The translations under genes were made by a program, and so were the position numbers. From positions 310,001 through 374,000 of the forward strand of contig CAUYUJ010000114.1 of NCBI GenBank assembly GCA_963575745.1: a DNA stretch of 64,000 bases. The letters are read 5' to 3'. The stretch comes from Prorocentrum cordatum. Its lineage: Eukaryota. Shown piece after piece: positions 35,950-46,277 of the stretch (position 1 is its first letter; each line of letters begins with the position of its first letter). The notes beneath the pieces were generated by a model, which saw only the letters and a program-made list of their open reading frames with translations, ran no database searches and had not been told where the DNA came from.

Positions 35950-37230
35950 AGGTGACACTCGCTCTTCTCCTCTCAGGAGCGACGGCCACTGTTCGTCAAG
36001 GCTGCCGCTGCTTCTTCGCCGCTGGCTCGGCCAGGCACTTCGCGACCTCGGCCTGGTAACTCTCGGCCTCCATGGCTCGCTTGAGACCAGTCTGGAAGGA
36101 GGGGTCCTCGAAGTCGGCTTGGGTGCGGGGCTTGTGCGGGACGCCGGGCCCATGTGACCCAGCCCCTCCTGCAGCAGCGAGAAACAAACACACAGACACA
36201 ATTAATCGTCGACTCCCCAGAAAATATGGAAAACTATAGGCAGCGGGAGGAAGACAGGAAACCCAGACAATATGGGAAAGTGTGGGGAATCCTTTTCTTT
36301 GTGTGTATTTATGTGTGTGTGTGTGTGTCCCAAGGCCCCTCCTGCAGCGCCACTCCCATGGCCACCAGGGGCACCGCCAGCAGGCTGGCTAGCAGCCCCA
36401 GCAGCACGCTCGGCCGCCGCCTTGGACTCCCGCTGAAGGCGCTTGAGGGCCTCGGGCGCCGCCTTGCCCTCGGCGCAGGCCGCCCCACCATGCCAGACCT
36501 GGGTCGCCCACATCCTGGAAGTTGTCCCTGTGCAGCATCTTCGTGTGATGTTCCAAGTCCTTCCGCACCTCATCGATCTGCAAGGTGGTCTCCTCGATGC
36601 TACGCTGCAGCTCGCGCTGCTGGGACTCGAACTGCTGGAGGCGCTCCCCAAGCTTCGCGACCTTGCGAGCGGCGTTCTCGACAAGGTACCTTGCCGCCAG
36701 CGCTGTCGGGGGCTTCGACTCGAGATCTCTGGCCTTGGCCTTCTCGGCCTTGGCGATCGCCGACGTGCCGATGCCGTGCCCTCTGAGGAAGCCAAGCGCC
36801 TGGGCATAGGAGGGGTCCCCGCCCGTGGTTGACGAGGTCGAGCGCGAAGCACCCCCCCCTGCGCCGCCGGCTGTGCCCGCGCCGACGTTGGTGAGCGACG
36901 CCGGCTGCGCCGTGAGATCCTTGAGCTCCTTTGCCAGACGAGACTGCTCCCCACTGGCGTTGGCACCTCGACCTCCTGGGCGCACCTTGGCTGCACGGGC
37001 ACGGGCGTCCTGCTGGACTCGCACGGGCGCAGCTTCTCCACGTCCACGGCACCTGAGCCGACTGGCCCAGTTGCCGCTCTCTCCACACGTGCCGCACCCC
37101 CTGACTGGGTATCTGGGGCCTGGCCAAACATCGCCTTCCGCGCCCATGAAGCCGGTCAAGGGCTCTGATATGCAAGAACTTGGCCCGCAGGCACGAGCGC
37201 CACTTCGAAGTGCGCACCTGGAACACTCTC
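35950..37230 (-). mobile_element. Relic of a non-LTR (LINE) ORF1-like gene: zinc finger plus coiled coil, interrupted by the 165-bp element
   Basis: CGTCGESGNWASRLRCRG(R)GEAAP is a degenerate RanBP2-type finger, followed by the heptad region KVAKLGERLQQFESQQRELQRSIEE. Confidence 0.45.
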
Positions 37231-38603
37231 GAGTGCGGAATGGTTGATGGAGGAAGGATGAGGAAAGACGACGGAGCAAGGAGCGACGAGGAGTCAGGAA
37301 GGTGGAAGGAGGCGCTAGAGAGGTCGAGGGAGGAGGGATGAGAAAGGAACGGTGGGAAAGGAACGAGGAGCGAGGGAGGGGGAATAAGAAAGGAGGAAGA
37401 CAGAAGGGTCTCCACCTGGCCACTCCAGTCTGGCGTCATTGCCTGCATGCTGAGGAAAGGAAGCTTGCGAGAGAGGCTAGGCAAGACGGCCAGTTTACAC
37501 CATCAGAGGTAGCATGACGAACGTAAGACCTAGATATCCGGCGTCATGAACACCGAGAGAGCTGCTTTGTTCCTCGATCAGGGTCTCCAGTTGCCTTGCG
37601 CTGGTCTCTGGGACCGCCACATCCAGCCAGGAACGTTTGCTTAGCGTGTCGCGCCGCCAGTTCTGGCCCACCACGCTTGGTGCGACACGCCAAAAATCAG
37701 AGCGTGGATTACCTACCCCGCTTTCGCTGCCAGGTAGTCTCGTCTGCCTCTTTAAAATGGCCTTCCTTTCCAAGGCTCCACGCCTCGGGCTCTCCTCGGC
37801 CTCCCGCCCCGCGGAGCGGAGCGACGTGCCATCCTCCTGCAGGGCACGGCGTGCCGCCCGGGCTGCCGCCGCGACGCGCCCATCGGGAGCCTCGATATGG
37901 GGGTCGATGCACACGGGGGTCTGCCCAGGGCACGTGGATCGATGCACTCGGGAGCCTTGACCTGGGAAACTATGGGGAATTCTCTTATTTGAGTGTATTG
38001 ATCTGTGTGTCCTGGGGCCCCTTCCGTCCGCTCGGCACGTCGTGTCTGCTTCCTGTCCGCAGCCGTGCGCGAGCAGTCCTGCTCCGCCGCCCCCGAGCGG
38101 GCCTCGCTGCTCCGCCCCCCGCTGCTCCGCCGCCACCGAGAGGGCTCGCAGAGGGAGCCGGGGAGCAAAGGCAGCGTCAACGGTACACATCGGGAGCCTT
38201 GAGACGGGGGTCAATGCAGACCGGGGTCAGCCAGGGCACTGGACCCTTCAGGATCCTGCGAAGACCCCCTCTGGCTGACCAGGGTTTGCGAGCCGCTCGT
38301 GGCCGCGAGGCGGCCGCGCATATCGGTTGACCCGGGTTTGCGGAGTTCTGCGGTGCAGTTTTGTGCCTTGCGTTGCAGTTTTTTGGTTTCCTGCTGACCC
38401 GGGTCTGGACTGACCCGGTTTCAGAAGATCCCCGAGCTAAGCAAAACTTCCCCACCGTGAGCTACTTGGAGCGAGAAACGGTCATGGGAAGGGGCCCTCG
38501 CTGCACAAACAAAAATGCGGCGCCGCGTGTCTGAGGAGGGTGAACGGTTTTCCAAGGTGGTTGACATGCGTTCGGGTGTTCCCAGAGGTGGCATTTGCGC
38601 AAG

Positions 38604-38625
38604 GACGTAGACATCTTGGCCCAAG
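38604..38625 (+). other. Relic dinoflagellate spliced leader (DinoSL)
   Basis: CGTAGACATCTTGGCCCAAG versus SL core CGTAGCCATTTTGGCTCAAG gives 17/20 identity. It ends 51 nt before the ATG at 38677. Confidence 0.7.
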
Positions 38626-38676
38626 CTTTGGATCGGACCGCACCTCCTTTTGATTCACGATCCGGTCGATCGACCA

Positions 38677-38943
38677 ATGTCCTTGGGAGCGGCTGCCGTG
38701 CGGGACCTCGACCTCGTGTTCTGGGGCGCGACTGGTTTCACAGGCCGCCTCAGTGTGGCAGCCATGGCAGGGCACGCAGCCTCGTTCTATAGTTGCCATC
38801 TGCCCAACGTCGGATCGCCACGCGGCGGCGGCAGAGTGCGGTATGCCCTCGCCGGGCGCAACGAGGAGAAGCTGCGCCGGGTGCACGCCGAGTGTGGCTG
38901 CGGACCCGACGTGGACATTTTCGTTGCTGGCGCCGAAGACGAG
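38677..38943 (+). CDS. Saccharopine dehydrogenase-like oxidoreductase (trans-acting enoyl reductase-like family), exon 1
   Basis: MSLG..DLVFWGATGFTG (Rossmann motif)..YALAGRNEEKL. GAG|GC donor. Confidence 0.88.
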
Positions 38944-39114
38944 GCTGATGGGCCTGTTTTCCACCACCACCACCACCATAAGTTGGAGGGAGAGGAGGTC
39001 TTCCTCCTCCTCCTCCTCCTCCTCCTCCTCCTCCACCTCCTCCTCCTCCTCCTCCTCCTCCACCTCATTCCCCCCTCCAATTTATGGTGGTGGTGGAAAA
39101 CAGGCCCACCAGAG
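38944..39114 (+). mobile_element. Introner (MITE acting as a GC-AG intron), 171 bp, in frame and stop-free
   Basis: TIR TGGGCCTGTTTTCCACCACCACC..ATAA.TTGGAGGG. GAGGC is directly repeated at the junctions. Removal restores AEDE|AALAAFV. Confidence 0.85.
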
Positions 39115-39669
39115 GCCGCACTTGCCGCCTTCGTCTCACGCACCAAGGTGGTAGTGGCTCTCGCAGGGCCTTTCAAGTTCCACTCTGACATCGTCGTGGG
39201 CCTGTGTGCCAGGCTCGGGACGCACTATGTTGACATCACAGGCGAGGTGGCCTGGGTCCGGTCTGTAATCGACCGCTACGACGAGGTCGCAAGGTCCACT
39301 GGCGCCCTGATCTGCAACTGCTGTGGATTCGACAGCGTCCCTTTCGACCTCGGAGCTCAGTTCGCAATCAATCGGCTGAGGGCTCGCGGCACGGCGTCGT
39401 CGATACGGCGCGTCTCCGCCTACAGCGTCATGGGAGGCCCGTCCGGGCCTGGCATGCTGATCTCTGGCGGCACCCTGACGTCTGGGGCCTCCATGCAGCA
39501 GGTGCAGCTGACCAAGGGCGTCGACAAGGACGACCCCTTCCTGCTGGGCGGCCTGCCCAAGGGCGGGCCCCGCGAGGAGGACACGGACGCCTCCACCCAC
39601 GAGGTCCGGAAGCTGGGCGAGGGCCTCTACTGCGGCCCGTCCATGATGCACAGCGTGAATTCGCGCCTG
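39115..39669 (+). CDS. Saccharopine dehydrogenase-like oxidoreductase, exon 2
   Basis: VVVALAGPF..HYVDITGEV..CCGFDSVPFDLG..ISGGTL..MHSVNSRL. CTG|GT donor. Confidence 0.9.
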
Positions 39670-39847
39670 GTGCCCAGAGCATGCAAGACAGTACCGGTAC
39701 CGCCTCTCGTGCCTCGTTCTCGTCTTTTGGGGCCTCCGGGGAGGCCCTCGTCGGCACCGCGGAGTTCGCCTCTCGAGGTGCGGGCGAGGACGCTTCTCGG
39801 GAGCGGTCCCGGGAGCAGCGGCACCGGTGCCTTCTCGCTCCCCACAG

Positions 39848-40063
39848 GTGCGCCGCTCCGCCAGGCTGCTCCGGTGGGGGCCCGCCTTCAACTTTGCGGA
39901 GGTGATGCCCGTGCCCAGCGAGAGGGCCGCGGCGAAGCTCGTGAAGCGGGCGCGCGCCCCCGCGCCTCCGGAGGTGGTGGAGCAGCTGATGGCGGCGGGC
40001 CGCCTGCCGAAGCCGGGGGAGGGCCCGCTGCCGGAGGTGCGCAGGGTCACGCGGTTCGCCACG
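39848..40063 (+). CDS. Saccharopine dehydrogenase-like oxidoreductase, exon 3 (3' boundary approximate)
   Basis: cag|GTG acceptor. VRRSARLLRWGPAFNFAE..LPKPGEGP. Confidence 0.8.
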
Positions 40064-40685
40064 GTTCTCGAGCGGGTGTTGCCAGGGGGGGGTCCTGGGC
40101 CCAAGGTGATCTGGGCCCTCCTCCTCCTCCTCCTCCTCCCTCCTCCTCCTCCTCCTCCTCCTCCTCCTCCTCCTCCTCCTTCTCCTCTTCCTCCTTCTCC
40201 TCCTCCTCCTCCTCCTCCATTTCCTCCTCCTCCTCCTCCTCCTCCCTCCTCCGCCTCGGCGGTGCGGCTCGATGTGGAGCCCGATTTGCTCCACCCTGGC
40301 GTCGCCGATGCATCGGCGATGCGGCGCGATTTGGCGACCCCGTCTACTCGGACCGCGTTAGGGAGGCCTCGTGGTGAGTGACGGCAGAAAGCAGGTTCAG
40401 CTCCACTGGCAGTCGCGTGGCAGCTTCCCGCGTGAGGTCGCGCATGAGCGCCCTCGTCCTCCACGCGGCGTGCCGTGCTGGCGGCCCGCGTCAGCCGCGG
40501 CGTGGGGTCGCTGTGCCATCTCGCGTAAGACCCTTCTCTTTTCGTCGCCCGGTATCTCCCCGAGATTCGCGGGGAGGCCCAGATGGCCTCCGGGGCGCCC
40601 CCATCACGAGGCCCAAGGTGGGCCGGAGGTGCTCCAGGATGGCGCGAGAAGAGTCAGGGGCAGCATGGGCCATGGCCACGTCTAG

Positions 40686-40764
40686 CAACCTCCGTGTGGA
40701 GTGCACCGCGGACGACGGGAGCAGCCTGGTGGCAACTGTGCGGGGCGGCGAGGCGGGGTACGAG
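40686..40764 (+). CDS. Saccharopine dehydrogenase-like oxidoreductase, exon 4 (5' boundary approximate)
   Basis: LRVECTADDGSSLVATVRGGEAGYE. GAG|GA donor. Confidence 0.7.
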
Positions 40765-41709
40765 GAGATCGGAGGAGGAAACAAGGCACCGATACCCGCT
40801 ACCGTAGAGAAAGAGAGAGAGAGAGAGACAGAGAGACGTGCACGTCAGAGGGGCACTGGCACGACGGTGAGGCAAGACACTACGGGACAGTTCCGGCGGC
40901 CCCGCTGTGAAACAAGCGTGAATATCTCGAAAGCGCGTATTCTTATTTCAGGGCCCCAGCGGATCTCGAAAAAAGCCTTAAAGCACCCGCAGAGCCAGGG
41001 CGGGGGCCAGAGGCAAGGGTCACGGGAACGGGTCAATCAACACATTGGCATGAATCGTCACACGTAACACCAAGCTGTACAGCAGGTATGAGAGGGAGGA
41101 GGAGGAGGAGGAGGAGGAGGAGGAGGAGGAGGAGGAGGAGGAGGAGGAGAAGGAGGAGGAGAGATGGAGGAGGAGAGGAGAGGAGGAGAGGAGGAGGAGG
41201 AGGAGGAGAGGAGGAGAGGAAGAGGAGGGGGGAGGAGGAGGAGGAGGAGGAGGAGGAGGAAGGCAGCATGGATGTGCGCACATCAGAGTAGGGATCGGCC
41301 TGGCACCAGGTGCCCTGCAGAGGACTCTTACCGGCCGATGGCCCTGGGGGCGCACAGAGGCCCTGGGGCACCTCAGGGAGCTCAACAATCGACGAGGAGG
41401 AGGAGGAGGAGGAGGAGGAGGAGGAGGAGGAGGAGGAGGAGGAGGAGAGGGAGATGGAGACGTTGAGGAGGAGGGAGGAGGAGGAGGAGGAGGAGGAGGA
41501 GGAGGACGAGGATTGTGTCCTGAGATTGCACCCGAGAGCAAGATGCTTGACCGTGTGCGTCTGCTGCACCCTCCCCTCGCTTTCGCCTTCTCGGGCCTCC
41601 AGGGGCGCCCTCGTCGCCACGGCCGGGTTCGCCTCGGAATCACTGTGGAGACGTACCCGCGAGAGACCCGGGGAGCAGCCGTATCGGCACCATGTGGCTC
41701 CTCCGCGAG

Positions 41710-41949
41710 GAGGCCAGCAGGATGGTGCTGGAGGCCGCGCTCGCCCTGGTGGAGGAGCCCCACTGCTGCCCCGGCGCGGCCACCGGAGGCTGCCTCACGA
41801 CCGCCGCAGCCTTCGGCGAGACGCTCATCCGCCGCCTGGGCCAGGTCGGCATCGCCTTCGCGGTGGAGTCTCGAAGCGTCGCGGCGGTGGTCTCGGAGGC
41901 CTTCCGGGAGGGCGCCGAGAGAGCCGCGGCGGCCGGGTCGAAGCTGTGA
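41710..41949 (+). CDS. Saccharopine dehydrogenase-like oxidoreductase, terminal exon
   Basis: EASRMVLEAALAL..GGCLTTAAAFGETLIRRLGQVGIAF matches the family C-terminus, ending in TGA. Confidence 0.85.
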   Translation, partial: EASRMVLEAALALVEEPHCCPGAATGGCLTTAAAFGETLIRRLGQVGIAFAVESRSVAAVVSEAFREGAERAAAAGSKL

Positions 41950-42498
41950 GTGCCGCGCCGGCGTGGTCCTGGGAAGGCTCACGACCCACAGCCCCAGGAG
42001 TCCGGAAAAAGAAGAAGGAAATATTAGCACAGTAACTCGTTGCAGGAGCATGATTTCTCGGAGGTCTATGCGGATCTCTTCGATCGGCGCCGGGACCCCT
42101 GGCGGCGCATTCGGCACCGCCCCTGGCACGCTGGGGGTCATCGCCGATCCAAGAAATATCTACCTTAAAAAAAGACGTGACCTTGGCCGAAGGTGACTTC
42201 GGCTTTCTCAGGGCAGCCCAGATGGCCTCCAGAGCATCCCTCACGAGGCTCCCGAGGGCCTCGAAGATTGCCCGAGAAAAGTTGGGGATCGCTTCCGAAT
42301 GCAGGAGCTTCCAATTGGCTGTGTAGTTCGAGTGATGCCCAGTGGGATGCGGTCCAAGCCACACTTCGCAACCATCGCCAGGCCCTGCCATCCTCGGATG
42401 CAAGTGCTTCCGAGGCTGGACTTCTCCTCGCCATGCCCGTCCCCGCTCTGCCCCGCCACAGCTGGTGGCGGGGCGGAGGTAGGGCAGCCACGACCGAG

Positions 42499-42654
42499 GT
42501 GACGTTCCAGGACATCATGGACACCGGCGACGGGCCCGAAGACTACGAGATCGTCGAGGGATCCACGCTCTGCGTGGGCCGCGAGGCGTTCCGGAACAAC
42601 CAGTCCAAGTACTACATGGACGGCAAGGCGAGCAACTTCACCGAGGTGACCCAG
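42499..42654 (+). CDS. SMC4: SMC4 exon E
   Basis: VTFQDIMDTGDGPEDYEIVEGSTLCVGREAFRNNQSKYYMDGKASNFTEVTQ. CAG|GC donor. Confidence 0.9.
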
Positions 42655-43595
42655 GCCTCGCGGGGCCCTCTCGGGGCCTGGGGCGGCCCGCGGGAGGCCG
42701 GCCGAGGCGCGTGCAGGGAGGCGTCCGGCCTGGGGCGCGCCTGGCTCGGACGTGGTCATCGGGCGGGGGGCGGGGGCCCTCAGACCTAGGGTTAAGTCGG
42801 GCCTGTCCCTCCACAGGAGGAATATTCACGAATAGTCAAAAGATAGTCTGGGGGGGGGCGACTTTTTAGTATTTTTGGGCCCTTTTCTTCGATTTTTGAC
42901 CAGTTTTAGTTCTTCCTCGCAGATCTCCCTGTAGGGGGACAGGCCCGACTTCATCCTAGGGGTGCACGGTGGACGCCGTCGGGGTCGGGCCGGGGCTGCC
43001 CTGGCCACACTGGGCGTTGCGCCGCAAGCATGGGGGCACCGATTTTCGACGCGCCGTGTTCAGAACGAGCAACGTACAATACGTGATGAAGGTTTGAATT
43101 TCCAATTTGCTTAATTATTCGAAAATGTGCGTTCCCCCCAAGTTCGCGTCCCCCTGCGTTGACGTTCTCCCGAATTTCGGGCAGCCCTGTGGAATCCAAA
43201 TGCGCTTCCACCTTACCAGCCTTTTCTTGCCGTGTCTGAGAACAAATTGGCTTCTGAGGGAAAGGGCTCCTGACGTTTTTTTCTTCGCGTTCGGCTTTGC
43301 AGGATCCCTCCTGGGCCCCTGGGACCGCCAGAAACATGTCAGGATGGAAAGCTGACCTAGGGGAAGGCCCTGGTGGTCTAGGACCCGCGGCCCGCAGGAT
43401 CCCGCTGTCCGTCGCGCCCGCGTGATAGCCGCCGCCTCGCGCCTTCTCGTGGCCTCCTCCGCCGCTGGGCTTCTGGCTCGGGTCAACTGCCGCGGGAAGC
43501 GTGTTGGTCGCTCACCGTCCGTGGCCCAGGGAACCCGCGAGCCACCAGAGAGCGCCCCCCATCTGCTCGGCATGTCGTGTCTCAGGAGGGGAAAC

Positions 43596-43792
<197 letters not shown>

Positions 43793-46277
43793 AGAGACAC
43801 AATTCATCGTCGATTCCCTGGGAAAATATGGGCAGTGGGGGAGGGAAAAACAGAAAGAAACCCAGAACATATGAGAACATCGGGAATCGTGTTTTTTGTG
43901 TCTGTTTATCTGTGTGTCCTGGGGCCCCTTCAATCTGCTCGGCTCGTCGTGTCTGCTTCCTGTCCGCAGCCGTGCGCGAGCAGTTCTGCTCCGCCGCCCC
44001 CGAGCGCGCCTCGCTGCTCCGCCGCCCGCCCCACCAGGGAGGCGAGAGGCCTCGCAGAGGGAGCCGGGGAGCAAAGGCGGCGTCAACGGTACACATTGTT
44101 CATTTCTAATTTTTCCGAAATAGGGGTCCACATGCGAACCCTACCCCTACCCCCCCCACGATTTCTGAGTTGGAGGGTTGGGTTCACTGGGAGGAGGAGG
44201 CCGCCGTCCCGAGCTGCATGGTCGGATGCATTTGGCCGAGTCCTGCGCGTGCTTCAAGGTCTGGGTGGTATCTTGCAGGCAGCTTGGGTGGCTGGGTCCT
44301 GGCCGTACAACCGCTTCCTCTCTTTGCGCAAAGCTGCCGCCTTATGAGGTGCGCGCCAGCAATTGGCTAAGTATGGTCGCAAGCTTTGGTCAGAGCCGAG
44401 CGTACTGATTGGTCAAGGGCTTTTGTGGTTACGATGTGTAGCTGATTGATCAAACAACACTGCCATACCGCCCCTGCCCATGGCACTGATGCGAGCGTGT
44501 CGTTTATAATCGTCCTTGTACCCCCCATGTCTGGCCCAACGTCACTACCTCCAACGACGTGTACGCCAGCGCGGAGAACCCATCAGCGTGTGCACTACTG
44601 CACAGTCGCATGGCGTCTGTGGACGGAGGCGAGAGAGTAAAACACGCCGACGGGCTTCCGGCGGCGGCATGCCGTTCGTACCTCAGGAGAGGGAAAAACA
44701 CACAGACGCAATGAATCGTCGATGCCCAGGAAAATATGTCAAGCAGTGGCGAAGCGTCCTGCCTCGCCTATAGCCATAACAAACAATGTTCTAAGAACCT
44801 TTTGTGGTTTCCACGAAATGTTCTTAGAACACTTCTGGCGGAGTCTGTCTTGTTTTAGTACATCGGGTTTACGTGCTAAGCACATTGGTGTTGTTTTGTT
44901 TTAAACGTTTTTTGGTTCTAAGCACATGTCGTGGTAGAACTATCGGAATGCCGGGACGGTCGGTCCCTGCCCAAATATGGGAAAAGATGGGAAGTGCGGG
45001 GGGAGACGAAAATCCAGAAAGTATGATAAAGTATTGGGAATGTTGGTATTTGTGTGTTTTCATTTGTGTGTCCCTGGGCCCCTTCAACATCCTTTTCCCC
45101 TCCCGAGAAAGTCAGGATCAGTGATTTTGCCAGCCTTCAGGCAGCGAGCGGCGTGCAGGAATCAGAGCCAATGCTGTTGCTAGGGTCCCAGGAACACACC
45201 CCTCAACCCCCAGGATGCTGGCTTCGCTGGGCTTGCCCTTCGCGGCGCAGCGACGTCGGGAGGAGGAGGAGGAGGAGGAGGAGGACCAGTGCAAATCGAA
45301 AACGCATCAACGACGTTGACTCTCCAGTTTCCCTTGTCATGCGCCCCCATCAAGAATGATTATTAATTACGGAGAGTTGCCAATTAGAAGAGAACAGGTT
45401 GAGGATCTTCATCCGCGCCAACAGTCTGAGGATTTCCACGCAGCAGATAAACGTGTCTGTTGCGTCCTGACGATCGTAGACCGTGCCATAACTCTACAGC
45501 TGGAAGGTTCAACACCGCGAGTCAGCTTGACTGCTGCGTCCTGGCAGCATGAAATCTGAACCATACGAATCCTTGGGACCTGCCCTCCATCCTTAGAGTT
45601 GCTTCAGACTTTCAAGACGAATGCGCGCGCCGCCATGGCGAGAGCCACGATCTGAGAAGGACTTCCCTCCATCCATGCAGTGGCTGCCAGCTTTGGAGAC
45701 GAATGCGCGCGGTGCTAATGCTATACCATCAGTTTACCAGCCTGGAACATATCCCTATCCCTATGCTGGGCATCGCCCCATCACGTTGCCAATCTGTGGG
45801 ATTCCCTTATATTTTGAGGGCGCATCCCTAAGATTGTCATCGCCTTTGGGCGTGTCAATCTTAGGAGATAGGGATATGTTCGAGGCTGGTAATCAGTTTG
45901 ACAACGGCCCCAACGGCCCGCCCTCCAGCCGTGAAGCTCTTGCAAAGGTCAAGTGTCAGGGTCACCGGAGGGGAGGAAGTCTCTGGCGAAGCGCCCGGCA
46001 CGCCCTACCGACACGTCTGGGGCTGCGACAGGGCTTCGGGCCCCCCCCCACAGAGTCCTAAGGATACCCAAGGATTCTTGACGATCCTTTTGGATTCTGA
46101 GGATTCGCGCGGCTTCCTGATGATTCCGGGGGATTCCGCAGGATTCCTCCAGATTCCTAGAGGCTCCTCTGCGCCCCCATGGGTTCACACAGTTTCTAAA
46201 GGTTCTCTAGGATTATTTGCCATTCGCGAGGATGATCGAGAGTTCTAGGGGCTTCTAAGGGCTCCTAAAGGGTTCTT

